NCBI GenBank assembly: GCA_050015395.1
Contig: JBEKBM010000018.1
Span: 1-64,000 of the forward strand
Reading direction: 5' to 3'
DNA from: Candidatus Bathyarchaeia archaeon
Lineage (GTDB): Archaea > Thermoproteota > Bathyarchaeia > Bathyarchaeales > Bathycorpusculaceae
DNA length: 64,000 nt
Both the position numbers and the translations under genes were made by a program. Below the pieces are notes generated by a model. That model was not told the DNA's origin. It did no database searches and worked only from the letters and a program-made list of their open reading frames with translations. Shown here piece by piece: positions 48,288 through 58,488 of this stretch; the first letter of the stretch is position 1; each line of letters opens with the position of its first letter.

Positions 48288-48559
48288 CAAAATATATACG
48301 TTTTTCATATACGTTTGTATATACGGTGGGGTTAACGGTGGAGTGCGAGTGGTATGTGGGTATGGTTGCTTTAGGCTTATGCAGGTAAAAACACTCTTAG
48401 GCGTCGTTGAAGGCTTTCAAGCAGCCTTAAGCTGGCTTGCAACTATGCTTAGCAAGTAAAAGCGTTATACCCAAGCAGGTGCCAGACACTTTCGGAACTA
48501 CTGTATATTTATGGATGGCTTTCACAAGAGTATACACTCCAAGGGAAGAAACATAACAG

Positions 48560-49567
48560 ATGCAAGCTCAAAAACCAGTGGTAGAAGCTCTTCTTAGTCC
48601 GGAAAGTTACCAGGAAGACCCCGGCAAAATCGAATTAATCCAAACACACATATCATTTGTCTTCTTAACCAAAAATTTTGTTTACAAAGTCAAAAAACCC
48701 GTAAACTTTGGTTTTCTAGACTTTTCTACACTTGAAAAACGGCGGTTCTTCTGCGAAAAAGAGTTAGAGCTCAATAGCCGACTTTGCCCAGACATCTATC
48801 TTGAAGTCGTGCCCATCAACAAATCAAATATTATCAAGATAAACGGTATCGGCGAAACAGTTGAATATGCCTTAAAGATGAAGCGCTTGCCCCAAGAAAA
48901 AATAATGGCAGTGCTCCTCAACGAGAACAAAGTGGACAATACAACAATTGACGAGATAGCAAAAAAAATCGCGCAATTTCATTCCAAAGCACAAACAAGC
49001 ACCGAAATAAAAGAGTACGGTTCCCTTAAAATCATAAAGACTAACTGGGACGAAAATTTCTCGCAAACCCAAAAATACGTCAACCAAACAATCCCGGTCG
49101 CTGAGTACCAATTTATTCAAAACAGAGTCAACAACTTCATGGAGAAGAATAGGTCGCTTTTTGAAAACAGATTAAAAACCGGCAAAATTAGAGACTGCCA
49201 TGGCGATTTGCATTCAGGAAACATCTTTATTACAGACAAAATCTGCATTTTTGATGCCATAGAATTCAACGATCGCTTCAGATACTCTGACGTAGCCTCA
49301 GATGTGGCCTTTTTAGCGATGGATCTAGATTTTCAACAGCGGCCTGATCTGTCAGCTTATTTCATAGACAGATACATATTGTACTCTAAAGACCAACAAT
49401 TAACAAAGCTGCTCCCGTTTTACAAGTGCTATAGAGCGTATGTACGTGGTAAAGTAATCAGCTTCAAACTTGACGACCCCAACGTTAGCAGCGAGGAAAA
49501 GATAGCCGCAACAAAAGAAGCACAAGCCTACTTCAAACTTGCCGCCGACTACGCGAAAAACCTGTAA
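48560..49567 (+). CDS. Aminoglycoside phosphotransferase/kinase-like protein (COG2187 type)
   Basis: QTHISFVFL, YKVKKPV.FGFLDFSTLEKR, HGDLH..NI, FDAIEFN, YRAYVRGKV. Confidence 0.9.
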   Translation: MQAQKPVVEALLSPESYQEDPGKIELIQTHISFVFLTKNFVYKVKKPVNFGFLDFSTLEKRRFFCEKELELNSRLCPDIYLEVVPINKSNIIKINGIGETVEYALKMKRLPQEKIMAVLLNENKVDNTTIDEIAKKIAQFHSKAQTSTEIKEYGSLKIIKTNWDENFSQTQKYVNQTIPVAEYQFIQNRVNNFMEKNRSLFENRLKTGKIRDCHGDLHSGNIFITDKICIFDAIEFNDRFRYSDVASDVAFLAMDLDFQQRPDLSAYFIDRYILYSKDQQLTKLLPFYKCYRAYVRGKVISFKLDDPNVSSEEKIAATKEAQAYFKLAADYAKNL

Positions 49568-49579
49568 ACAATCATTCAA

Positions 49580-50446
49580 TTATGCGAATTGGTTAGCTAC
49601 CCAATCAGGAACTTGAACTGTACCCATAATGATTGGTTTTTGGTGGCAATCGCTTCCGCCAGTCATAATTAACCCATGTTCCTTTGCGAATGTCACATAG
49701 TGGTTTGTTGTTTCAGCCGTGTTTCTCGAGTGCCAGCATTCAACGCCGTCAATGTACGGTAACATTTTTTCTCGGATAATTTCCGTTTGCTCAACTAACG
49801 ATTTAGTTAATGCAACTAGCGAAGTTCCATGCGGATCGTTAGGATGAGCCAAAACCAATTTTCCGCCCGCGCCCCTGACAAGTTTTGACGCTTCTTCCAA
49901 GTAAAGCGGGTACTTGGTGGCATCACACTTTACAAGGTATTTATCAAAGGCTTCTTGCCTCGTTTTAACGATGTTCTTCTTCACCAAATAATCTGCAATG
50001 TGGGGTCTGCCAAGCACTCCATCAACCGACTCTTCAATCTTCCTCAAATCATCCTTAGTTAATGCTGCAATGTGTTCTTTCTTAAATTCCGCATTTAGGT
50101 TGTCAAGGATTTTTGCCGCTCTTTCTTCTCGATATTTTGCCATCGCCTCAAGTTTGCTTTCCAGCGCCTTATTGTTGGCATCAAATTGGTAGCCTAAGAA
50201 ATCCAGAGAAACAGCTTTGCCTTCATGGTACTTTGGGTGGACAAAGGTTATGTTTAGCTCGACTCCAGTAACATATCGAATGCACTCTTTTTTTGCAGCT
50301 CCGATGGCTTGAGTTTGGCAGCCAATAGAATCGTGATCCGTAATCGACATGAAACCAATGTTTCTGTTTTTTGCTTCCTTAAAAATATCTTGAACAGTTA
50401 ACTTTCCGTCTGAAGCGTTGGAGTGAATATGCAGGTCGGTTATCAT
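49580..50446 (-). CDS. PHP-domain phosphoesterase
   Basis: DLHIHSNASDG, ITDHD, GVE, RPH, AHP, GGSDCH. Confidence 0.93.
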   Translation of the reverse strand: MITDLHIHSNASDGKLTVQDIFKEAKNRNIGFMSITDHDSIGCQTQAIGAAKKECIRYVTGVELNITFVHPKYHEGKAVSLDFLGYQFDANNKALESKLEAMAKYREERAAKILDNLNAEFKKEHIAALTKDDLRKIEESVDGVLGRPHIADYLVKKNIVKTRQEAFDKYLVKCDATKYPLYLEEASKLVRGAGGKLVLAHPNDPHGTSLVALTKSLVEQTEIIREKMLPYIDGVECWHSRNTAETTNHYVTFAKEHGLIMTGGSDCHQKPIIMGTVQVPDWVANQFA

Positions 50447-50464
50447 TATCGAACTGTGTCCCCG

Positions 50465-51070
50465 TTACCTTTTTTCCATTCCTATAACGTACCAGTCCTC
50501 AGAGTTATCATGGCAAGTGTCAACTGTTAAATGCAGTATCTTAAGTGTCGGATACTTTTTCTTTAGGTCATCAATGTCAACCGGTTCAAACTTGCTCTTA
50601 TTAGCAAGATAAGCCTCTACTGTTAAAGCGTTTGACTCATACTTCTCTTTCGTACGTCGCTCAATCCTAGCGATCGACACTTCTTCAGGACAGCTCGTTT
50701 GCAGAATAATAAACGTCATGTTATGTTTCGCTGCAATTTCAGCCGCTCGCCGCCTTAAATCTTGAGCAACAAAAGTTGCATCCAAAATAATGCCAGGAAC
50801 AGTTTTCTTAGCAAGATCGTCTGCTCTTCGAAAGACTTCATCATAGACAGACAAGCGTTTATTCATGTTTCCTGCGACTTTTGCGTCAAAAACATCCTCA
50901 TTCTTTAAAACTTCTAAACGGATTAAATCGCTTCGGAGAATGGGGTACCCTTTGATTTTTGAGACTTCCTCTGAGGTTTCTGTTTTCCAAGTTCCAGGTA
51001 ATCCACATGTAATCAGTAACGTTTCGGTGCATAAATTGTCTTTAATAAATTTGGCAAAAGGTTCCTTCAA
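50465..51070 (-). CDS. P-loop kinase (COG0645/AAA_33-like)
   Basis: GLPGTWKT Walker A variant, SDLIR, ILDATF...RR, RIERR. Confidence 0.85.
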   Translation of the reverse strand: MKEPFAKFIKDNLCTETLLITCGLPGTWKTETSEEVSKIKGYPILRSDLIRLEVLKNEDVFDAKVAGNMNKRLSVYDEVFRRADDLAKKTVPGIILDATFVAQDLRRRAAEIAAKHNMTFIILQTSCPEEVSIARIERRTKEKYESNALTVEAYLANKSKFEPVDIDDLKKKYPTLKILHLTVDTCHDNSEDWYVIGMEKR

Positions 51071-51230
51071 TCATACACCTTCTCACTGTTAGCTTTTGAC
51101 GAGTTGTAATTAAACTTTTTCCAGCCCATAAACCGAGTTATGTGCCGTTCGCCTGATTTTAACTGCCCTTGACTTAAAGTAAATTCTAAATAGGTAGAAG
51201 ACACACTCTTCCTAAAAAGAAGGAATATTT

Positions 51231-52487
51231 ATGGAAGAATTCCAAGTTAAAGATAAAAGTTTAGCACCGCAAGGTCATTTACAGATTGAATGGGCATCAC
51301 GCCATATGCCCGTACTAAACCTGATTAAAAGCAGGTTCGAAAAAGAAAAACCATTAAAAGGCTTAACTTTGGGCGCATGCCTCCACGTAACAAAAGAAAC
51401 AGCCGTCCTAGTGCAAGCATTAACTGCCGCAGGCGCCAAAATCGCGTTATGCGGTTCCAACCCGCTCTCAACCCAAGATGATGTCGCCGCAGCTTTGGCA
51501 GATAAGGGCCTTCATGTTTTTGCTTGGAGAGGACAAAACACCGAAGAATACTACAAGTGCATAGACAAAGTGTTAGATTACAAGCCATCTATAACTCTAG
51601 ACGACGGAGCAGACTTGGTCGGTACGTTGCATAGCAAACGTCAAGCACAACTGAAAGATGTTAAAGGTGGAACAGAAGAAACCACGACAGGCGTAATCCG
51701 CCTAAGAGCAATGGAAAGAGACGGCAGCCTCAAGTACCCAATCGTAGCGGTAAATGATGCGTACACAAAATACCTTTTCGATAACCGATATGGAACAGGG
51801 CAAAGCACCATGGACGGCATCTTGAGGGCCACAAACACATTGATAGCAGGCAAAAATTTTGTAGTCTGTGGTTATGGTTGGTGTTCAAGAGGTATAGCCA
51901 TGCGCGCTCAGGGCTTAGGCGCCAACGTTATAGTAACGGAAGTCCAACCTACTCGCGCGTTGGAAGCAGTAATGAACGGTTTGCGTGTTATGCCAATAGC
52001 TGAAGCAGCGGCTGTAGGTGACATATTTGTAACGGCCACAGGAGATATCAGTGTAATACGAAAAGAGCATATGCAAAAAATGAAGGACGGCGCCATAATG
52101 GCCAACAGTGGACACTTCAACGTGGAAGTGAACATAAAAGATTTGGAATCATTATCAACCAGTAAAAGAACCATGCGCCCCAACCTAGAAGAGTACGCAC
52201 TAAAAGACGGCAGAAAACTCTACCTTTTAGCCGAAGGCAGACTAGTAAACTTGGCAGCGGCAGAAGGGCACCCTTCTGAAGTCATGGACATGTCATTCGC
52301 TAACCAAGCGTTATGCGCAGAATACATAGCTAAAACAGCGAAGTTAACGCCTAAAGTTTTCACCGTTCCCAAAGAAATCGACGAAAAAGTTGCCGAACTA
52401 AAACTGAAGACAATGGGCATAAATATCGACGAGCTTACGGCTGAACAGAAAAAGTACCTTTCAACATGGGAAATGGGAACGACATAA
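51231..52487 (+). CDS. ahcY: Adenosylhomocysteinase
   Basis: [31 protein letters not shown]...GHP. Confidence 0.98.
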   Translation: MEEFQVKDKSLAPQGHLQIEWASRHMPVLNLIKSRFEKEKPLKGLTLGACLHVTKETAVLVQALTAAGAKIALCGSNPLSTQDDVAAALADKGLHVFAWRGQNTEEYYKCIDKVLDYKPSITLDDGADLVGTLHSKRQAQLKDVKGGTEETTTGVIRLRAMERDGSLKYPIVAVNDAYTKYLFDNRYGTGQSTMDGILRATNTLIAGKNFVVCGYGWCSRGIAMRAQGLGANVIVTEVQPTRALEAVMNGLRVMPIAEAAAVGDIFVTATGDISVIRKEHMQKMKDGAIMANSGHFNVEVNIKDLESLSTSKRTMRPNLEEYALKDGRKLYLLAEGRLVNLAAAEGHPSEVMDMSFANQALCAEYIAKTAKLTPKVFTVPKEIDEKVAELKLKTMGINIDELTAEQKKYLSTWEMGTT

Positions 52488-52561
52488 ACGGGGTCACGCT
52501 TAAAACCATGACAAACTTTAAATTGCTTGACATTATACATGGCTATAAAGTGGTGACTTAA

Positions 52562-52921
52562 ATGGTTAGCAAAGATCAAGGAATAGGTGGAGCAATACTT
52601 GCTGTCTGCGTTATAGTCGCTATAGTCTACGTCATTCTAGTAAGTGTTCCTCAACAGGTGTTCAAACTTAATGGGACCACAGTCAGGCTAGATGCAGTAC
52701 TGGTTCTTGTGTCCATAGCATTTATCGCTATTCTGGCGATCGGTGCATGGATAGGCTGGACAATGGCAACAACACCGCCTCCAAAACCAATTGAAGAAAT
52801 AACAACTGAAATTGAAGAGAAAAAGGAAGAAGAGAAAAAAGAAGAACCAAAAGTAGAAGAGCCAGTTAAACCCGCTGAAGCAGCTGCCACCGAAGAAAAA
52901 ACGACCAAGAAAAAGAAATAA
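52562..52921 (+). CDS. Two-TM membrane protein with charged tail
   Basis: SKDQxIG, WIGWTMATTPPPKPIEE and a Glu/Lys-rich tail. Confidence 0.8.
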   Translation: MVSKDQGIGGAILAVCVIVAIVYVILVSVPQQVFKLNGTTVRLDAVLVLVSIAFIAILAIGAWIGWTMATTPPPKPIEEITTEIEEKKEEEKKEEPKVEEPVKPAEAAATEEKTTKKKK

Positions 52922-53004
52922 ATTAAAACATTTTTCCTATCTTCATTCTTTAATTTTTTTAATTTTAAACATCTTTCTCTCGAAAAATGAAATATTATTT
53001 TTAA

Positions 53005-53367
53005 TTAGGTTCTCATTTTTCTAAGCATGCATTCAACGATATCTTTGCAAATGATGCATTCATCAGGGATTTGCTGATTTTTTTCTCGTTCACTTAAGTA
53101 GCCAAGGTGGTATTGGCAGGCAGGTGGTTTTTCTGTGCTTCTAGTTGGCTTCTCTTTAGAGAGAATTGTTTCAACTTGTGTTTTTTCTGGTTTATTACTA
53201 TCTTCTATTTGCGCTTCAGTTATTTTTGTTAAACAGAATGGGCAGGCGGCATATGTCTGTGTTGAATCCTGCTGTAAATTTAAGGTTTTAAGTGGCGTAG
53301 TGAAAGCTTTCCTACATGCAGGATTCGGGCAGGTAAACGTTCTTTTCCCTCGCTTCTCTTTAACCAA
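53005..53367 (-). CDS. Cys-rich putative zinc-binding protein
   Basis: CPNPAC...CPFC, a linker, then CQYHLGYL...PDECIIC...C. Confidence 0.75.
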   Translation of the reverse strand: MVKEKRGKRTFTCPNPACRKAFTTPLKTLNLQQDSTQTYAACPFCLTKITEAQIEDSNKPEKTQVETILSKEKPTRSTEKPPACQYHLGYLSEREKNQQIPDECIICKDIVECMLRKMRT

Positions 53368-53439
53368 CGATAAACTGATTTCATTATGAATGGTGCTTAC
53401 TGGCTTATAGTGTTAATGAATCTGAAATAAAGATGCTAA

Positions 53440-54660
53440 CTATTCGACACTGCACGTTTGGGCTGGGGAAGCAAGCTTCTTTAAGTCATCAGCGCCTTCA
53501 GCGTATCCTGAAGCAACTAATACGTCGCCAACTTCGATTTTTGAGTCTGCTCGAGGACGCAAACATTTCTCTCCTCTTTTAATCACTAAAACCCACATGC
53601 CTGTTTCCTCATGAACACGTGCTTCTCTTAGTGTCTTGTGTACAAGGGGAGAATCCGCAGTAACACAAGCTTGGGCAACTGTTTCCTCAGCTTCTTTAAT
53701 TGTAAGTTTCAAAATTGGATGCGGTTCAATACCTCTTAGAACAACCTCAGCCATATCTGCAGCGGCATCAGCGATTTTTTCTGTTGCTACACCTAACCGA
53801 ATTAAACCTAGGAAACCTGATGCTTCTTCTTTTTTGAAGTCGCTGGTTAAAGCAAGCAATTCAAACTCAGTGTGCAATTGGTCCATGCGCTCTTCAAGAC
53901 GCTCGACTTCTTCAGCTAGTTCCTTACTGTTTAGCAAAAGGGAAGAATAAGCTAAATCCAACATTAATTCAGATGTGTCTTTGAGTTCCACGAATCTTGA
54001 AACGATTTCCTCGAACTTAGCGCGTTCTTCAACGTTTAATTTTGCAAGTTCGCCCTCAGCTAAATCTTTAAACTCTTCAATGCCTGATTGCGCTCCACGA
54101 GTAATTAGAATGTCCCCTTGGAATACTCTCTCTGTCTTCTTGGGGTTGAGTATCCAATCATTATTTCGGCGGATGGCAATAATATCAACGCCCATTCTTG
54201 TAGCCAAATGGAGTTCTTCTATGCTTTTCTTAACAATCGCTGAATTAGCTTTAACAGTAACTTTCATTAAGCGTTCTTCTACTTTTTCAAAGATTTCGCC
54301 AACTATGGGGTGAATGCCAATGTTGCGGGTTACTATGGCTGCTATGTCGGCGGCAGCATCTGAAATTTTATCTGTGGCAGAAGCAACTCTGGAAATGCCA
54401 ACCATTTCCTCTGCGTCTTTTGGGTCTCTTGAAGCAACCATTATTTCCATTTCTAAAAGGTACGCCAACGTATCTACTCGGCTTTCAAGCGCAAGAACGT
54501 CTTCAGCAAGGTCTTTATCATTATATAACGCTGCGGAATAGGCTAAATCAATCATTAGTTCCGATAGATTTTTCATTTCGAGCAAAAGCTCTCTGACGGG
54601 GATAGGTTTGTATTCTATTTTTTCAAATGATTTAGGCATATCCTCGAGGTCGCTCTCCAT
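53440..54660 (-). CDS. Tandem PhoU-like + TrkA-C (RCK-C) domain protein
   Basis: Two copies of KxxSELMxDLAYS...A..V..LE...ATxKIxDAAAD, each followed by an RCK-C domain. Confidence 0.88.
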   Translation of the reverse strand: MESDLEDMPKSFEKIEYKPIPVRELLLEMKNLSELMIDLAYSAALYNDKDLAEDVLALESRVDTLAYLLEMEIMVASRDPKDAEEMVGISRVASATDKISDAAADIAAIVTRNIGIHPIVGEIFEKVEERLMKVTVKANSAIVKKSIEELHLATRMGVDIIAIRRNNDWILNPKKTERVFQGDILITRGAQSGIEEFKDLAEGELAKLNVEERAKFEEIVSRFVELKDTSELMLDLAYSSLLLNSKELAEEVERLEERMDQLHTEFELLALTSDFKKEEASGFLGLIRLGVATEKIADAAADMAEVVLRGIEPHPILKLTIKEAEETVAQACVTADSPLVHKTLREARVHEETGMWVLVIKRGEKCLRPRADSKIEVGDVLVASGYAEGADDLKKLASPAQTCSVE

Positions 54661-54699
54661 AATAAAATATGCTATGAATTATTTTAATCATGCTCCTAG

Positions 54700-55863
54700 C
54701 TACAAGATTAGAAGTATAGCTACTAGTAAAGCTATTGAGGTTATTATTGTTGCAAATGAGGTTTCAATTGGGATAACAAAATTTTCAGGGTTTAAGCCTC
54801 TTCTGAATGTTATTATCGAGATCCCGTAAGATAAAATCACTATGCCGATGACGGCTATTATATTAGATAACCAAATTATTAGCATAAAATCAAGTACGCT
54901 TGATACTAGAAACACTCGGTTAATTGCTAGAGATATTAGGGCTAAAACGGTGAAAATTAAAAGTGAGGATGCCCACGCGCTACTAATATTTTTGGCATGA
55001 TTTTTTATTGAGGAGAAAGAGGGCTTAAGTAAACCTAAAGCAAGCTTAGTGTTAGCGGTGGAGCCTACAACTGAGCCTACATTACTTACCATATTAATTA
55101 AGGCTGGATAAATCGTGTAAACTTCTTTTCGGTTTTCTGCCAAGCGACTTATTCCTTTAAAAACGGTTCCAGTAAGAGTTAAGATTAAGGCTACAAACAT
55201 CAGCATAATCAGGGATTCACGTATAGTTTTTAGAAATTCAGGTTCCTGCTTGTCTTTCGCTATCAAATATAGAACGAGAAATACATGTGTAAAGCCGATT
55301 GCAAGAATTGCTAATCTGCCAAGATAGGGTAAAAAGAAAAACAAGTTTAACACTCCAATGTAACAGAGGGTTATGAAAATGCTGGCTGCTGCGGATATTA
55401 TTGGATAAACTATGATGTCAGGGTCTAATCCTCGTTTGAAAGAGGTAAAGGCAAGTTTAATTGTTACTAAGGAAAAAAGCAGACCTATTGCCAATGTTGA
55501 AACCATTACTGATACAAGGGCAGGGAAATCGGCTAAAGTTATCCCCCAAAGCCAGTAACCGAAAAATAGAGAAATTACGCTAACCGTTAAGCTTGTTACT
55601 AAAGTTAATACAATTATAGCATGAATTAATTTATGGAAGCTTTTTGTATTTCCAGAAAATTGCGGATGAATCGTGCCAAGATGCAAAGCAGTGCTTAAAC
55701 GGCCGCTAAGCAAACCGTTAATCACTCTTGTACTTATGAGTGCTGGATAAAGAGCCAAGGCCCAAGGTGCAAGCCTGAAAACATTAAGCTGGTAAGCAAT
55801 CAGAAAACCAGCGAGCAATCCAGCAATGTCAAACGAGTAAGCTAACGAGGTCTCCTTGAACAT
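54700..55863 (-). CDS. MgtE-type divalent cation transporter (duplicated membrane domain)
   Basis: GRLSTALHLG, RGLDPD and RGLNPEN repeats. An ATT start ~36 nt upstream is possible. Confidence 0.85.
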   Translation of the reverse strand: MFKETSLAYSFDIAGLLAGFLIAYQLNVFRLAPWALALYPALISTRVINGLLSGRLSTALHLGTIHPQFSGNTKSFHKLIHAIIVLTLVTSLTVSVISLFFGYWLWGITLADFPALVSVMVSTLAIGLLFSLVTIKLAFTSFKRGLDPDIIVYPIISAAASIFITLCYIGVLNLFFFLPYLGRLAILAIGFTHVFLVLYLIAKDKQEPEFLKTIRESLIMLMFVALILTLTGTVFKGISRLAENRKEVYTIYPALINMVSNVGSVVGSTANTKLALGLLKPSFSSIKNHAKNISSAWASSLLIFTVLALISLAINRVFLVSSVLDFMLIIWLSNIIAVIGIVILSYGISIITFRRGLNPENFVIPIETSFATIITSIALLVAILLIL

Positions 55864-56216
55864 TCCCCAAAAACTTTTAGAAAGGCTACCATTTGAAATT
55901 CAGGTTGCCCCCATTAACTTTCAGAAAAGGGGAAATTGAATTTTCTAATTAATCTCGGAAAATTATTGGTTATGGCATGAGTGGAATTAAAGTGCCTTTC
56001 TGTTATAATTATCGAAGCTGTTGCCATAGGGGCATATTTCGAATTTGTTGATTTGTGGACTCTTATCATATTTTCGTCGCCATCAGATTTTTTGGTTGGC
56101 GGTCCACAGTTACCCAATACCTGTGTTTTGCGGGCTGCCAAAGCCATTTTAACTGCCGATTAAAGTTTTTGAAAGGCATGATGTCTTAAATAGTTTCTGT
56201 CGCTGGCAATTTTTAG

Positions 56217-58343
56217 CTAGAGCGGGTTTTCTGTTACTGGCTTTGCTTGTTTATGGCTTTGCGAGTTGTTTTTTGGCTGGTAGACGCACCATGGATCTTC
56301 AGTTAGATAATCGCTTTTTAACTCTGTAGGTTCATGGAGGTCTCCGCAGTAATCTATAAAATCGTTAGAGAGGCCGTAGGCGCGTGCTCGGCAGCCACCA
56401 CATATGGAGCGGTATTCACAGGCCCCGCATTTGCCCTTCAGTGAATTAGGATCCCTTAGGGTGTTGAAGATTTTTGAGTTGAACCATATTTCTTTAAAGC
56501 CTTTTTCCCGTATATTCCCAAGCTTAATTGGTAGGTAGGGGCAGGGTGTTACATCTCCGTTGGGATAAATGCGGCAATAGTATAATCCGGCGATGCAGCC
56601 GCGAATCCACTGTCGCATATCTAAGCCCATGTCTTTGGCGATTCGCATAAACTGCGGTGCACAGGAAGGTCTCACGTTTAGTTTGTGATTTGCGGTTTTT
56701 GCGAAGGTTTTTGTAATCATTTCCTCGTATTTTTCTGGGGAAATATCGTTTAATTTTGTGCCTCGACCAGTTGGAACAAGGAAAAACAAGTGGAAGTTTT
56801 CAACGCCTATGCTCTCAGCCAATGACATTATGTCGTCTATCTGATTGTAGTTCTGCTGGGTTAATGTTGTGTTGACTTGAACAAGCACATTGTTTTTCCT
56901 CAAAGCCTTACAGGCTTCGACCGCTTTCTCCCACGCGCCAGCCACTCCTCTGAACTCATCATGCTGAGCTGGAATATTGGAATCCAAGCTTATTGAAACA
57001 GTGGCTATACCGGCATCCTTGAGTTTTCTCGCCACTGCCTCATCAATGAGGCTTCCGTTGCTTCCTAGCCCCATCTTCAAACCTTTCTTTGAGCCGTAGC
57101 TTATTAGTTCAAAAATGTCTTGGCGCAAGAGAGGTTCACCGCCACTTAGTATTAACAGTGGTCTGCTAACTTGGTAGATTTGATCCATGAGATTTTTGGC
57201 TTCTTGAGTGGTTAATTCATTGTCAAGTTTTTTCTCTGTAGCGTTAATGTAGCAATGGGAACATTTCATGTTGCATTCGCGCGTGATGTTCCATGACATA
57301 ACAAGCGGAATAAACCGTTCAGACGCCTTTGCCACAGGCGAGTATGAAAGTTTTAGGTAAAACTCGCAGTTGCCATGTGTCGCTATTCGTTTAGGCTGCC
57401 ACAGTGTAAATGGGAAAGGAAGAACCGTGTCCAGCATTGCTTTGGCATGAGCAAAACAGAAATGGGTACAAAAAAGAGCAGCTGCCTGAGGGGTTATGCC
57501 GTATTTTTCCTCGGCATATTTGTGGCTTCCAAAAATCGGGCAATTCAAAAACTCCATGTGTCCGTCCAATGTATCTATGTTCATGGTGTAATTTATGAAG
57601 TGGTCGCTTAACATGATTGATTGCAGTTTTTCTCTTTTCATGCCAACTTTAAGCGTTACGTCAAGAGATATGTCAACGGTTTCTTGACCGAACTTGTCCT
57701 GCAACCTTTCCATTGCATTCTCAAGCGCTGGCACGCCGATACTTTTTGCCAGTTCAGCTGTAACTAGTAAACCCTTTATTGTTTCGTACTCTTGGATTAA
57801 ACGCATCCGTATAATCTGATCGGTCCAGGAACAGAATAATTTTTTTAGTGCAGCAGACGCCTCGGGGTTCTTGTTGTCTAGCAGGCTTTCGACTGCTTTG
57901 TTTTCTTTGGTTAAACTTGTAAAAAGGTTGATTTTTTCAACTGTTCCAAGATGTGGGGTTGAGGCTATTTCCTGAAAGTCTAAGGTAAAAGGCGTAACTT
58001 CATTGGTCAGCTCTTTCACGTCAGATTCAAAATCGCTGTAAATCTTGCCAAGTTTTAGGGATATATCAGGTAAGTCTACATGCAACTCATCAATAAGCAC
58101 GCGTGTTTCCGATTCCATCTTGGTAACCATCGCCATATGATACAAGAGTGAACCAGCCATGCCTGGATCAGCTTGTTTGCCGCCGTTTACTCCGATAAAA
58201 ATTTGGGAAAACAACCGCTTTGCTAAATCAAAGTCTTCTTCTGTTATTGCAGTTAAGGCTTGATTGAGTTTTTGTTGCCTTGCAAGCAAAAGTTGAGCCC
58301 ATTTATGGCATTGTCCCGCGTCGAATTTTGTTAACACATCCAC
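56217..58343 (-). CDS. Radical SAM/SPASM protein (NirJ/AhbD-like) with long N-terminal extension
   Basis: WNITRECNMKCSHCY, SGGEPL, PTGRG, GCIAG, PCPY, CGAC...CGGCRARA, DPWC. Confidence 0.9.
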   Translation of the reverse strand: MDVLTKFDAGQCHKWAQLLLARQQKLNQALTAITEEDFDLAKRLFSQIFIGVNGGKQADPGMAGSLLYHMAMVTKMESETRVLIDELHVDLPDISLKLGKIYSDFESDVKELTNEVTPFTLDFQEIASTPHLGTVEKINLFTSLTKENKAVESLLDNKNPEASAALKKLFCSWTDQIIRMRLIQEYETIKGLLVTAELAKSIGVPALENAMERLQDKFGQETVDISLDVTLKVGMKREKLQSIMLSDHFINYTMNIDTLDGHMEFLNCPIFGSHKYAEEKYGITPQAAALFCTHFCFAHAKAMLDTVLPFPFTLWQPKRIATHGNCEFYLKLSYSPVAKASERFIPLVMSWNITRECNMKCSHCYINATEKKLDNELTTQEAKNLMDQIYQVSRPLLILSGGEPLLRQDIFELISYGSKKGLKMGLGSNGSLIDEAVARKLKDAGIATVSISLDSNIPAQHDEFRGVAGAWEKAVEACKALRKNNVLVQVNTTLTQQNYNQIDDIMSLAESIGVENFHLFFLVPTGRGTKLNDISPEKYEEMITKTFAKTANHKLNVRPSCAPQFMRIAKDMGLDMRQWIRGCIAGLYYCRIYPNGDVTPCPYLPIKLGNIREKGFKEIWFNSKIFNTLRDPNSLKGKCGACEYRSICGGCRARAYGLSNDFIDYCGDLHEPTELKSDYLTEDPWCVYQPKNNSQSHKQAKPVTENPL

Positions 58344-58488
58344 ATCCTTAAGGTAGTAAAGATTCTCATATGAAGGTAAAAAAACCTAACGGTATTTATG
58401 TACTGGATTAACGATAATGCGTCTTTATCTGAGGCTTGTATTCGATAAGCTAATTAGGCTCTAAATTAACCATAAGCCACATTAAAGG

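Noticed and set aside
55914-56163. Short ORFs on both strands between the MgtE-type and radical SAM genes
   Set aside because: They have no recognisable motifs or RBS and overlap each other. Probably non-coding or degraded.
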